Source: an uncultured Candidatus Saccharibacteria bacterium (lineage in GTDB: Bacteria; Patescibacteriota; Doudnabacteria; UBA920; O2-02-FULL-48-8). Taken from it: a stretch of DNA of 64,000 bases. The stretch spans positions 703,157-767,156 of the forward strand of contig CAZSDS010000001.1 of assembly GCA_964605735.1 (NCBI GenBank). The letters are read 5' to 3'. Shown here piece after piece: positions 17,715-27,934 of the stretch. The notes under the pieces are model-generated. The model did no database searches. It was given only the letters and a program-made list of their open reading frames with translations, and was not told the origin of the DNA. The first letter of the stretch is position 1. Every line of letters starts with the position of its first letter. A program made the translations under genes and the position numbers.

Positions 17715-19906
17715 TGTTTCACGTGAAACACGTATTTAGTCAGATGTTTCACAAGAATTTAAGTCCAAAGAACAGGGCAAAACCTAAATTGCAAAGCTGT
17801 GTCTAAAAACCCCTTAATAACGAGAGAATCAGCTAGATTTCCAAACTATTTCCCTATAAATAAGCATATCAATAAAACATGAAAAATAGGGTGGAAATAA
17901 ATACCGTGAAACAAGGTTATTGCTCAATGTATTTTATTTACGAAAGATGGGACTTCAGAATCAGGGCCCTTTTTCTCAGTTTCACGCATTCTTATTGGGA
18001 GTTGAGAATTTGCCTTTATTTCAAACAATGTTTCACGTGAAACATTGTTGAAATAGCCTTAAAATGTTTCATTTTTTCAAATAGTGTACATTATTGGCCC
18101 AAGTTTTTTGACATAAAATGGCTTATTTAAGCCAATTCTAAGTAGTTTTCATAACCAGTTTCCTAGGATATTAAGGCTGGGGTAGGTGTCTATATTTCGG
18201 CAAATATTACACTTGTGGAACGTTGATTAACTCCCAATAAAATGGTATTCATGCTCAATATACCCTATTCGTGCAAATCTCTATTAGTATTTAGAGTTCA
18301 ATATTTGAACTGCAAAGTAATCCCATCTTATGAAATATTTCGCCAAATAACACTAGAAAATCCCCTGGTAAATTGCGGTTAAATCCTTATTATTTACGCA
18401 AAATCTAGAATTTTTTTGGCTTATCTAAGCCTGTTTTAAATAGATTTTGATTTTGTTTCTTTAGGAATTCGGGGTCTGAATATGTTTCACATGAAACACA
18501 TAGAATGTTTCACATAAGTATGTGTTTCCGCCTTGCTCTTCCTGAGACTGTAAAAAGTGGCTAAATTAAGGGAAAACATACAGTTCTCGAAACTATTTTC
18601 CTAATATATTGATGCACTATATTCCTGTGAAACATACCGCTGTTTCTCAGTGAAACTACTTAGTAATCACTAAATATTAGAGAAATTGCTGTTAAAAGAA
18701 GGATTTGGCCTTGCTGAATAGTTAAAAGATAGTGATCTAACGAGCCAATAACCAATAACGCTAATATTATTGCTATTTTTTGAGTGTTCCACGTGAAACG
18801 TATCCTGGTGCCTACATATAATAGCGTTATCAAACCAAGTAGTCCTGTTGTAGCGGCGATTAGTAGAAAGATATTGTGAGGGGGTTGGTATTGCCATGGT
18901 TCCACGTGAAACGCATGTTCCGCTGTTCTAATGTACTGACCTAGCCCTACACCAAAAATTGGCCTTTCTTTGAATAAAGTGAGTGCCATATCATTAAAAT
19001 CAGCTCGATATTCAATAGCGGGATCATTATCCACTGTTTCCAATGATCTGGGGATAACTAAGTCACTGTAAAACCCTATCAAAATTAGGGTAGAAATCAC
19101 CCCCAATAAGGTCACTAAAAACGCGGTTTTAAAGCGCTTTTTTGCCAAATTTTTTGCAAGGAAATACAGGAGGATGATAGTTGCTGTAAGCCATGCGCTC
19201 CTTGAGAAACTCACAAGTAATCCCCAGGCTAGAATTCCAGCTGTTATAGCGCATAATATAGCCTTGAGTTTGGTTTCACGTGAAACGTTAAGGAGAAAGA
19301 CTAAACAAACAGCCAAAAACCCACCAAGTACATTAGGGTGCGGGAATGTGCCATAAGCTCTTAAAACCTTGGTTCCAGCAATATCCAAAGTAGCGGCCCC
19401 AGAGTCAGTCATTCGAGGCAGATGGTAGCCAATTGTGCTGAATTCCCGGATTTGTTCCACGTGAAACTGTGCTACAGCCAAAATTGACTGAAAAACCCCG
19501 TGAACAAGTAATATGCCAATGATTGGTCTGTGTGTTTGCGGGTTAGATCGTACGTAAATGAAAATGAAAGCATATTCAGCCAGTTTTAATGTTGCATACA
19601 GCCAGGAGTTAAAGTGTTCCACGTGAAACAGTCCAATCAGGCTTATTGCCAAGAGTAAAAGAATTAGTGGCTTTATTTGAAGTCTTTTTTGAGTAAAAAA
19701 ACAGGTGAGTGCCAGGGTTACCACAGCCAAATCACTAGCATAAATAAAGAAAGCTTTGTGGTAAGAAAAGTAATAGTCTATAAAGGCGTCATCAAAATTT
19801 AGGATCGTCCTTAATTGAAAAGGCGCCAAGATAAAGAACAGATAAAGAAGTAGATCTGTTATAGGTATGCTTTGGATTTTCGTAAATAATTGTTTCACGT
19901 GAAACA
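17715..19906. repeat. parS centromere cluster (at least 9 near-consensus sites)
   Basis: NGTT(T/C)CA(C)(G/A)TGAAACN 16-mers at 17715, 18029, 18483, 18785, 18898, 19272, 19453, 19615 and 19891, plus degenerate half-sites. These match the parS consensus TGTTTCACGTGAAACA. Confidence 0.92.
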
Positions 19907-19907
19907 T
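18660..19907 (-). CDS. O-antigen ligase / Wzy_C family membrane protein
   Basis: Many TMs, RAYGTFPHPNVLGG, SFSRSAW, PIFGVGLG, PHNIFL. ATG at 19907 (MFHVKQ) preferred. Confidence 0.85.
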   Translation of the reverse strand: MFHVKQLFTKIQSIPITDLLLYLFFILAPFQLRTILNFDDAFIDYYFSYHKAFFIYASDLAVVTLALTCFFTQKRLQIKPLILLLLAISLIGLFHVEHFNSWLYATLKLAEYAFIFIYVRSNPQTHRPIIGILLVHGVFQSILAVAQFHVEQIREFSTIGYHLPRMTDSGAATLDIAGTKVLRAYGTFPHPNVLGGFLAVCLVFLLNVSRETKLKAILCAITAGILAWGLLVSFSRSAWLTATIILLYFLAKNLAKKRFKTAFLVTLLGVISTLILIGFYSDLVIPRSLETVDNDPAIEYRADFNDMALTLFKERPIFGVGLGQYIRTAEHAFHVEPWQYQPPHNIFLLIAATTGLLGLITLLYVGTRIRFTWNTQKIAIILALLVIGSLDHYLLTIQQGQILLLTAISLIFSDY

Positions 19908-20050
19908 TGACTTATTGTAAAAAATATTGTCTGATGATGAAAATTCAAAAATCATTTTTACTTTGCCGTGTGCTTATTATAATGCTTCGCATAAAAAAAC
20001 CGCTAATGCGGTTTCGTTTTTGAAATTAGAGACGGATTGTAGTGGACTTG

Positions 20051-20542
20051 TTAAGTTTTGTTGCTATTAGCTTTTCTTAATATCCGTATGCTAATTGTTA
20101 ACACTATTAGTTGAGTAATTATGCCCGGCACAGCCCATTGGGGCATGGGGAAGTATTGAACTGGAAAATTGTTCGCCGCATGGTGAAACATCTGAATGTG
20201 GCCAAGTACTGGGATTTTTAAAATATATTGCGACCAAAGCGGTTGGCTATCCAGAATATCAGGCAATAATCCGCCAGCGGCTCCTAAAACAAATGTGCTT
20301 AGGTTAGGGAACTGGAACTTTTTGATCCAAAACGTAAGACCAACTATTGCGCCAATAATGATATCGAATACCACTATTGTCCATGAAAGTTTGTTCCACG
20401 CGTGAATCGCATTAATTGCATCGAGGTGGGGGACAATGTCCAGTATATAATGTGAAACAATGCCAGCGCCTATGGCGTAAAGAAAATGTTTGCGATTAAC
20501 ACCGGCGGCTGCTCCTGCGAGCATGTGTACTGTTGCTATCAT
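20051..20542 (-). CDS. Membrane protein, putative metal-dependent hydrolase (YdjM-like)
   Basis: HMLAG, SHYILDIVPH, LLPD and FHH motifs within TM segments. Confidence 0.6.
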   Translation of the reverse strand: MIATVHMLAGAAAGVNRKHFLYAIGAGIVSHYILDIVPHLDAINAIHAWNKLSWTIVVFDIIIGAIVGLTFWIKKFQFPNLSTFVLGAAGGLLPDILDSQPLWSQYILKIPVLGHIQMFHHAANNFPVQYFPMPQWAVPGIITQLIVLTISIRILRKANSNKT

Positions 20543-20681
20543 ATGATTAAGTATATCTGAGTCAATCTAATTGTTAAAGCCTTTATAATTCAATTAAAGA
20601 TTGTGAAATGTAATGAACGGTGTTTCATACGGTGCAGGCTTTACATGGGCTTGAATATTAAGTAAAATGAAGTGCGTTGAG

Positions 20682-20756
20682 GCCTTCGTAGCTCAATGGA
20701 TAGAGCTATCCCGTCCTAAGGGAGAGATGGGGGTTCGATTCCCTCCGAGGGCACCA
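20682..20756 (+). tRNA. tRNA-Arg(CCT)
   Basis: Cloverleaf, loop GTCCTAA, CCA. Confidence 0.9.
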
Positions 20757-20856
20757 AGAAATCGAATACCGGGGGGTTTGCAGAATTGATTATTTTTCCG
20801 CCGCGGTCGACGCTGAACTCAAAAGGGTTATTTATAGAATCAACCAAGATTATTTA

Positions 20857-20930
20857 GGGCCCATGGTATAACGGTAATACGCAACTATGGCATAGTTGAG
20901 TCCGGGGTTCGACTCCCCGTGGGTCCACCA
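20857..20930 (+). tRNA. tRNA-Ala(GGC)
   Basis: Cloverleaf, G3:U70, loop ATGGCAT, CCA. Confidence 0.93.
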
Positions 20931-21208
20931 CAAAAATCATCTTCAATGGAAGGTGTTTTTTGTTTGTATTTTGTTTCACAAAAAGTATCCACAGCCTGGG
21001 TATTCCCAAGCCTATTTCAGTGTGTTAGTAATATGTTAGGCGAGCGCGTTGTACCTGTGGAACATAAATAATTTACAGGGACCAGAGAATTGAATATTCG
21101 TGACTTTGTTGAAGTAACGAACCAATACTCAGCTTGCGGTTAAGCCGTAAGACAACCCAGCGTGGTCAATGTTTCTTTAACGCCTTTTAGCATTAGCAAG
21201 CAAAATTT

Positions 21209-21520
21209 ATGTCAGAACGCGAGGGGGAGTTTAGGCTCGGTAAAAATGAACATTCTCGTGAAACCGAGATGAAACACAATATTACGGAGATCTATAACAA
21301 CAGCGGGAGTGTTGAAGAGTTGGAAAGAAATTTGGATAAGTTTCATGAAGATGAGGAGTTGGTGCTTGAGTTGCATGTGTCTGAAGCTGACCCTGACTCT
21401 ATTACCTATATAATGAACAGGTTTCCTCACGCGCGCGTAGTGATAGCCGCTGATAGGGAAGACTATGATAAACACAAAAATATGTTCCCAATCAGCGTTG
21501 AGTGGCCAGGTAATCAATGA
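21209..21520 (+). CDS. Hypothetical protein
   Basis: ATG ORF coupled to rnhB by an ATGA overlap. Confidence 0.55.
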   Translation: MSEREGEFRLGKNEHSRETEMKHNITEIYNNSGSVEELERNLDKFHEDEELVLELHVSEADPDSITYIMNRFPHARVVIAADREDYDKHKNMFPISVEWPGNQ

Positions 21521-22182
21521 TTTTTCCAACGTTTAAATATGAAACAGAGAAATACCAAAACGGATTTGGCCTGGTGGCTGGATGCGACGAGGTTGGCATC
21601 GCTCCTTTGGCTGGACCAGTTGTTTCAGCGGCAGTGATTTTGGATAAAGAAAGCGTTACCGGCCGCCGGACCAAATCTAAGTGGTGGTATCGTGTCAGGG
21701 ATTCAAAAACCGTAAATGAGAAAGAAAGAGGGGAGCTTGTTGCTTTCATTAAGGATCATTGTTTGGCGCACGCAGTCGGCATCGTCTCACATGAAACTAT
21801 TGATCAGGTAAACATTTATCACGCCGCCATGCTAGCCATGAAACAAGCGTTAAACAGTTTGACGATCAAACCTGATTTTTTGTTTGTTGATGGTAAGCAC
21901 AAAATAAAAGATTTGTTTGATGTCAAACAAGAAGCGGTGGTTGACGGTGACGCAAAGATTTTGTCCATTTCTGCGGCCAGCATAGTTGCCAAGGTTGCCC
22001 GCGATTCAATTATGAACCAGCTGCATGCCAAGCACCCGAATTACAATTTTCATTTGAACAAAGGATACCCAACCAAGTTTCATCGTGAAGCATTAGTGAA
22101 ACATGGTGCGTGTGAAGTTCACAGAAAGAGCTTTGGTCTGGTCCGGCAAACATTCCAACAAGTATTGCCGTTGCCCGTATGA
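21517..22182 (+). CDS. rnhB: Ribonuclease HII
   Basis: GCDEVG..PLAGPV, RDSK, VDG, SISAASIVAKVARD, KGYPT..H, HRKSF. Confidence 0.95.
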   Translation: MIFPTFKYETEKYQNGFGLVAGCDEVGIAPLAGPVVSAAVILDKESVTGRRTKSKWWYRVRDSKTVNEKERGELVAFIKDHCLAHAVGIVSHETIDQVNIYHAAMLAMKQALNSLTIKPDFLFVDGKHKIKDLFDVKQEAVVDGDAKILSISAASIVAKVARDSIMNQLHAKHPNYNFHLNKGYPTKFHREALVKHGACEVHRKSFGLVRQTFQQVLPLPV

Positions 22183-22727
22183 CCGAACAGGAAATAACGT
22201 ATTTGGTTAAAAACGATCCATGGATGATGAAAGTACTATGCGTGGCTGAGTCTTTGAATCTTCCTGACTGGATGATTGGCGCCGGTTTTATAAGGAATAA
22301 AGTTTGGGATCATCTGCATGGTTTTTCAAACGACACAGTTCCTACAAATGACATTGATCTGATCTATTTTGACAAAGACAACACCTCAACCGATTTTGAA
22401 AAAGAATGTGAAACAAAATTGAAACAGGTGATGGGTGTGGAATGGTCGGTAAAAAACATGGCGCGAATGCATGAGAAAAGCAGTGATGGTCCTTACAAGT
22501 CTGCGGCTGATGGTTTAGCACATTGGGTTGAAACGGCAACTGCTGTTGCCGTTAAGTTGGAGAACGGTGGCGTGAAACTTATTGCGCCATATGGTTTGTC
22601 GGATTTAGTGGGGTTGGTTGTGAAACCAACTCCCTACATGAAAAACAGAATGCAGGATTTTAACAGGAGATACAAAGAAAAAGGTTGGCTTGAGCATTGG
22701 CCTAAGTTGAGAGTTGTGGTCGATTAG
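22179..22727 (+). CDS. Nucleotidyltransferase family protein (DUF925-like)
   Basis: AGFIRNKVWD, DIDLIYFD, WSVKNMARMH, APYGLSDL, W..HWPKL. Confidence 0.85.
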   Translation: MTEQEITYLVKNDPWMMKVLCVAESLNLPDWMIGAGFIRNKVWDHLHGFSNDTVPTNDIDLIYFDKDNTSTDFEKECETKLKQVMGVEWSVKNMARMHEKSSDGPYKSAADGLAHWVETATAVAVKLENGGVKLIAPYGLSDLVGLVVKPTPYMKNRMQDFNRRYKEKGWLEHWPKLRVVVD

Positions 22728-22751
22728 CATATAATAGTGTGGTTCTGAATA

Positions 22752-22843
<92 letters not shown>

Positions 22844-22930
22844 AATATGTCGGCCCAAAATGAACTGCGTGAAACGCAGTTTTTTGTTTGCCCAATAGAC
22901 AGCGTTCAACCCGGTTGCTAATTATGAAAC

Positions 22931-23533
22931 ATGTCTGAGCAGTCTAAAATAATTGCACTGACCGGACCGTCTGCAGCCGGCAAAACAACCCTGGGGCATT
23001 ATTTGGCTCATCACTATGAAGATGAGTTTGTTCATATTCGGCTGGATGACTATCTTAAGGATCCGGACACTTTCCCTGTAAATGAACGCGGCCAAAAAGA
23101 TTGGGACAACCCATCCAACATTCAATTTGACGAACTGATCGCCCATCTTCATAAGCTTAAACGCGGTGAACCAATTGATTGGCATACCTTTGCCAAGCAC
23201 AAAGATGAACAAGTCTACTATTACACGCTTTATCCAAAGAAATATATTTTGGTGGAAGGGACAATGGTTCTTATGGACGAGGAGGTTAGAAACATGGCGG
23301 ATTTAAAAATTTATTTGGATGTGCCTGTAGAGGTTTCACTGGCCCGCAGGCTGGAGCGGGGTAAGAGGGTGTGGGGGCTGGATCTTGAAGAGTATGACAA
23401 AGAGTATACGATTCCAGTTTTAGAGCGACACAGGAGAGTGGAAAAGTTTCACACAGACTACATTATTGACGGCACCAAACCTCCAAAAGACGTGGCTGAT
23501 GAAGTTTACTCCCTTATTACCAGGGTTTTATGA
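22931..23533 (+). CDS. udk: Uridine kinase family protein
   Basis: GPSAAGKTT, LDDY, WDNP, ILVEG, LARRLER. Confidence 0.75.
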   Translation: MSEQSKIIALTGPSAAGKTTLGHYLAHHYEDEFVHIRLDDYLKDPDTFPVNERGQKDWDNPSNIQFDELIAHLHKLKRGEPIDWHTFAKHKDEQVYYYTLYPKKYILVEGTMVLMDEEVRNMADLKIYLDVPVEVSLARRLERGKRVWGLDLEEYDKEYTIPVLERHRRVEKFHTDYIIDGTKPPKDVADEVYSLITRVL

Positions 23534-23616
23534 TGCTACCATTCCAACTCGCAAAAGGGGTTTTTAGTTGCTAAAATACACTCGTTAGTTAAGCAACAAC
23601 AAATCAGGAAATATAA

Positions 23617-24774
23617 ATGAAAACTCGGGTTTTAATTCTACATACATCTGTTGGGTACGGCATTAAGGTCACCGCCCAAAACATTCACCAGGCGCTATCA
23701 AAGTCAGCCAGTTTTGAATCGCGGATTGAAGACATCCAGCAAGTCGAATCCGGCGCCCTGGTCACAAGTTCAGAAAAAATTTATACGACTATCTTGGATC
23801 GAATCTCACCGCTGTGGGGTTTTTTGTACCGTTCGCGAGTGGTTATGTTTTTGACTTTGCCTCTCCGCAAGTGGGTGGCAGGTTTTAAGTCCGCTAATAC
23901 TCTGAAACTTTTGCGCGAATACCAGCCGGCAATTGCCATGTCAACACAGGCAGCACCATCCGCAGTGCTCGCGTATTTAAAATCGAAGGGATTGTATCGC
24001 GGCAAAGTTGTGGCAGTTTTCTCAGACTATCATATTCATCCGTTCTGGTTGTTTGACGAAATCGATCTTTATGTCTGCAACATCCCTGAGCAGGCGGAGT
24101 ATTTGAGGGTGCAAGGCGTGGCGGAAGACCGCATTGCCGTGACCGGCATGCCAATGGATGAAAAATTCTACAAACCAATTTCCCATGAGGAAGCGTGCAG
24201 GGAAGTCGGCCTGCTGACTACCATGCCAACAGTCATGATCAGCAGCGGCGGCCGGGCTCGCGACGCAGTCAAAGAGTTGTACGTTAATTTTTTGCGCTCG
24301 CCTAAAACTTACCAAATAGCGGTTGTCTGCGGCCGCAATGAAGAGCTGAAAAAGGAATTGGAAAAAATCAGCGCTCCATCCAGACATCCGGTTAAAATCT
24401 TTGGCTACATCAATAACATGGAAGTCGTCATGTCAGCGGCCACTGTCATGGTGGGAAAGACGGGTGGTCCTACCATGTGCGAGGCAGTCGTAAAAAAGCT
24501 TCCGATAATTTTAACTGACGTCAGGCCTGGCCATGAATGGGAGAATCTTGAATATTTGGTGAAGCATAAAATTGCCGATTACGCCCGCATCCCGCGCGAG
24601 GCCGTGTTCCTGGCCGAGCAGGTCCTTGACGGAAAAATAAAGCGAGATTGGATCCAGATTGAAGCTAAGGTTATCAGGCCGCCGGCAAGCGTCAGCGTTG
24701 TTGATGCATTGGAAAAAATAAAGCCGCAAACCCCGCCAATACAGGTGAAAAACTACCTAAATCAGTCAGCTTGA
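23617..24774 (+). CDS. MGDG-synthase/UgtP-like diacylglycerol glycosyltransferase (GT28)
   Basis: SVGYG, SDYHIHPFW, VTGMP, VCGRN, KTGGPT..EA, PGHEWEN. Confidence 0.8.
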   Translation: MKTRVLILHTSVGYGIKVTAQNIHQALSKSASFESRIEDIQQVESGALVTSSEKIYTTILDRISPLWGFLYRSRVVMFLTLPLRKWVAGFKSANTLKLLREYQPAIAMSTQAAPSAVLAYLKSKGLYRGKVVAVFSDYHIHPFWLFDEIDLYVCNIPEQAEYLRVQGVAEDRIAVTGMPMDEKFYKPISHEEACREVGLLTTMPTVMISSGGRARDAVKELYVNFLRSPKTYQIAVVCGRNEELKKELEKISAPSRHPVKIFGYINNMEVVMSAATVMVGKTGGPTMCEAVVKKLPIILTDVRPGHEWENLEYLVKHKIADYARIPREAVFLAEQVLDGKIKRDWIQIEAKVIRPPASVSVVDALEKIKPQTPPIQVKNYLNQSA

Positions 24775-24869
24775 AACGCGCACCTGCGGCTTACAAACAA
24801 ACATAAAAACAGGTGTTGACCCAGCATTTACGTTCGTATAATATTTAGTTACTTAAAGAAACATTTACC

Positions 24870-25361
24870 ATGCCAAAAGACAAGAACCTCATAAACAAAC
24901 TCATGGGTACGCAATCTGTCCGGGACAACGACGATGAAGAAATCGAAGAAGATGAAGAAATGGAAGAGGTTGACGAAGAAGAAGAAACAGCCGTCCAGCC
25001 GCAACAGGATGAATGGATGAGTGATTTTGAAGGTCAGCTGACAATTGACATGTTCCAGACCAAAGATAACGTCATCATCAAGTCAACCATTGCTGGTGTG
25101 AAGCCGGATGATATTGATATTACGATCGCCAATGACATGGTGACTATCCGCGGCGAGCGAACACGGGATTTTGAAGCTTCTGCAGAAGATTACTTTTATC
25201 AGGAATGTTACTGGGGCAGTTTCTCAAGATCAGTTGTTCTGCCGGTTGATGTAGACATTGAAAACGTCAGCGCTGATTTGAAAGATGGAATTCTGACTGT
25301 GGTCTTGCCAAAAGCGGCAAAGGCTAAAGCAAAGAAGATTCGAGTCGGCGGCGCAGTATAA
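24870..25361 (+). CDS. Hsp20/alpha-crystallin small heat-shock protein
   Basis: VTIRGER, QECYWGSFSRSVVLP, KDGILTVVLPK, acidic N-terminus. Confidence 0.92.
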   Translation: MPKDKNLINKLMGTQSVRDNDDEEIEEDEEMEEVDEEEETAVQPQQDEWMSDFEGQLTIDMFQTKDNVIIKSTIAGVKPDDIDITIANDMVTIRGERTRDFEASAEDYFYQECYWGSFSRSVVLPVDVDIENVSADLKDGILTVVLPKAAKAKAKKIRVGGAV

Positions 25362-25478
25362 AACTTTAGCAAAAAAACGGCCCAGATCAGGGCCGTTTTC
25401 TAATTTAACAACCCTGAGTTTTGGCAAAAAATCGCTGCTTGATTAATTTGAAGATTTGTGGCAAAATAAGTTGATTAC

Positions 25479-27407
25479 ATGGATATTTCTACACTCTCCA
25501 AACAATTGAACATGTCTGCCCAACAGTTGCGCCAGAAAATGACAGCAGCTGGTTTTCGCATTTCTCCAAAAGCAAACAAGATTGATAACCAACTGGCAAA
25601 GCAGGTTTTGCAGGCTTTTGGCGGAAAGCAACAGGAGGTGCAGGCGACAGCAGCGAATAAGGATGTGTCTTTGCCTAAAGTCATGACTGTGAAGGAGTTG
25701 GCAGGGATTTTGAAGCTGGATATTGCCACTGTCATCAAAAAATTGATCCAAAACGGCGTCATGGCCACAATCAACGAGGAAATTGATTATGACACCGCCG
25801 CAATTGTTGCTTCAGATTTGGGGTACAACGTCTCAGAGGTGCCGGAAGCAACAGCCCGGTTGGGCGTTGGATATGTTGATGAAGTCCTGACCGCGGAAAG
25901 GGCGGCGAATGAGGCTGATTTTGTTGTCAGGCCTCCGTTGGTTGCAATCATGGGCCACGTTGACCATGGAAAAACCACATTGCTGGACAAAATCCGACAG
26001 GCTAAAGTGGTTGAAACGGAATCCGGCGGGATCACCCAGCACATTGGCGCTTATCAGGTTACTCGCAACGGCAAGCATATTACTTTTCTTGATACCCCAG
26101 GCCACGAAGCTTTTGCGGCCATGCGTGCCCGCGGCGCTAACGTTACGGACATTATTGTTTTGACTGTTGCCGCAGATGACGGAGTTAAGCCTCAGACAGT
26201 GGAAGTCATCAACCGCGCCAAACTGACCCAGACTCCAATAGTTGTTGCCATCAACAAGATCGACAAACCTGACGCAAATGTTGAGCGCGTTAAGAAAGAA
26301 TTGGCAGACTTTGGCGTGTTAATTGAAGAGTGGGGAGGTACTGTCCCAGTGGCCAAAATTTCGGGTATGACCGGGCAGGGCGTGGATGAATTATTGGATT
26401 TGATTTTGCTCCAGGCTGAAGTTATGGATTTGCGCGCCAACCCTAAGGGTCAGGTTTTGGGAACTGTCATCGAATCACACCTGTCAAAAACCTTAGGATC
26501 AGTTGCAACAATCATAGTCCAGAACGGGACTTTGAATTTGGGCGATATTGTTGCTGTGGGCAAGGCTTCAGGAAAGATTCGTTCCATGATGGATGACACG
26601 GGCAAAAAGGTAAAATCAGCCGGTCCTTCTTCAGCAGTTCAGATTACCGGTTTGTCTGATGTCCCAAGTGCCGGTGACATTTTGAAGACATACCCCGATG
26701 CGGATTCTGCCAAGACCGCGGCTTTGAATGTTGCCAAGTCAGAGCGCGCCAAGCGCATAATGACTCAGAGCAATTTGGCTTTGGATGGCGGCAAGGATTT
26801 GAATTTGATCATCAAAGTGGACGTGGCCGGAAGCTTGGAAGCCATTACCGGAGCTTTGGATAAATTGAAAAATGACGAAGTAAAAGTCAACGTTATCAAC
26901 CAGGATGTTGGGGAAATCAACGAAAACGACGTTTTGCGCGCTGAGTCTTCAAAAGCTTTGATTATCGGGTTCCATACCCGCGTCAACGCACAGGCCGCAA
27001 AGCTGGCGCAGGCTAAAAAAGTCCCTATCCAGTTGTACAACATTATCTATGAATTGGTTGAGGATATTACCCAGAGGGTTGTGTCCATGATGACGCCGGA
27101 AATTGTCCGTGAAGATGTTGGTCGGGCAAAAGTTTTGGCCGTCTTCCGAACAGAGCGTGAAAAGCAGATCGTTGGCGGCACTGTGATTGAAGGCAGGATA
27201 AAGGACGCGGCCGGGATTGAGATCAAGCGCGGAGACGAAATTATCGGCAAAGCCCAGATCAACGAATTACAGCAGAACAAAAGCAAGGCAAAGGAAGTTT
27301 TGAAAGGCTTCGAATTCGGCATCAACCTTAAGACCAGCACTAAAATCCAGGAAGGCGATCTCCTTATTGCCTTCGAAGAGACGGTTAAGAAAAAAACCTT
27401 AAGCTAA
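25479..27407 (+). CDS. infB: Translation initiation factor IF-2
   Basis: [41 protein letters not shown]. Confidence 0.97.
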   Translation: MDISTLSKQLNMSAQQLRQKMTAAGFRISPKANKIDNQLAKQVLQAFGGKQQEVQATAANKDVSLPKVMTVKELAGILKLDIATVIKKLIQNGVMATINEEIDYDTAAIVASDLGYNVSEVPEATARLGVGYVDEVLTAERAANEADFVVRPPLVAIMGHVDHGKTTLLDKIRQAKVVETESGGITQHIGAYQVTRNGKHITFLDTPGHEAFAAMRARGANVTDIIVLTVAADDGVKPQTVEVINRAKLTQTPIVVAINKIDKPDANVERVKKELADFGVLIEEWGGTVPVAKISGMTGQGVDELLDLILLQAEVMDLRANPKGQVLGTVIESHLSKTLGSVATIIVQNGTLNLGDIVAVGKASGKIRSMMDDTGKKVKSAGPSSAVQITGLSDVPSAGDILKTYPDADSAKTAALNVAKSERAKRIMTQSNLALDGGKDLNLIIKVDVAGSLEAITGALDKLKNDEVKVNVINQDVGEINENDVLRAESSKALIIGFHTRVNAQAAKLAQAKKVPIQLYNIIYELVEDITQRVVSMMTPEIVREDVGRAKVLAVFRTEREKQIVGGTVIEGRIKDAAGIEIKRGDEIIGKAQINELQQNKSKAKEVLKGFEFGINLKTSTKIQEGDLLIAFEETVKKKTLS

Positions 27408-27420
27408 TTATTCAGAAATT

Positions 27421-27586
27421 GGCGACGCTGAAGCATTTTGCTGATGGCGGGGATTCGGCGCAGGCACATCAGTGCCGAGCCTGAAGCAGCGAACCACCTT
27501 AGAGGAGATCCTGACATTTGTCAGGAATACATAATAATGCAGTTCGACTGCGTGCCCCGACAGCAGAAAAATGCGCAGGCTAAGCC
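27421..27586 (+). repeat. Rod-shaped intergenic repeat, copy A
   Basis: Near-identical arms shared with 38491-38621 and 53521-53666. Confidence 0.9.
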
Positions 27587-27592
27587 ACATTT

Positions 27593-27934
27593 ATGACACG
27601 ACGCACAGAACAAGTTGCATCTTTAATACAGCAGGAGCTCGGCCAGCTCATGCTGTCTTTGGATTTGCCTGCCATGACCACAATCAGCAGGGTAGAGGTG
27701 ACTCAGGATTTGAAACACGCAAAAGTTTGGATCACTGTGCTGAGCGAAGACAAGAAGGTGGAAGATTTTGTTATGGATGCGCTTCACAAAAACATGTATG
27801 ACCTCCAGGGTGAATTGAACCGAATGTCCACCATGCACCATACCCCGCGCATCGCTTTCAAAATAGATAATTCCCAACACCATGTTTCCCGCATTAACGA
27901 GCTGCTGAAGAGCACGCATGACGATGAACAATAA
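27593..27934 (+). CDS. rbfA: Ribosome-binding factor A
   Basis: TISRVEVTQDLKHAKVWI, TPRIAF..D, located after infB. Confidence 0.92.
   Translation: MTRRTEQVASLIQQELGQLMLSLDLPAMTTISRVEVTQDLKHAKVWITVLSEDKKVEDFVMDALHKNMYDLQGELNRMSTMHHTPRIAFKIDNSQHHVSRINELLKSTHDDEQ

Noticed and set aside
17540-18659. oriC in the long AT-rich intergenic region
   Set aside because: No cluster of consensus DnaA boxes and no dnaA/dnaN in the window. Only parS is supported.
17715-19906. CRISPR array suggested by recurring 16-bp palindromes
   Set aside because: Spacing is irregular (about 110-450 bp), the repeat is the parS consensus, and no cas genes are present.
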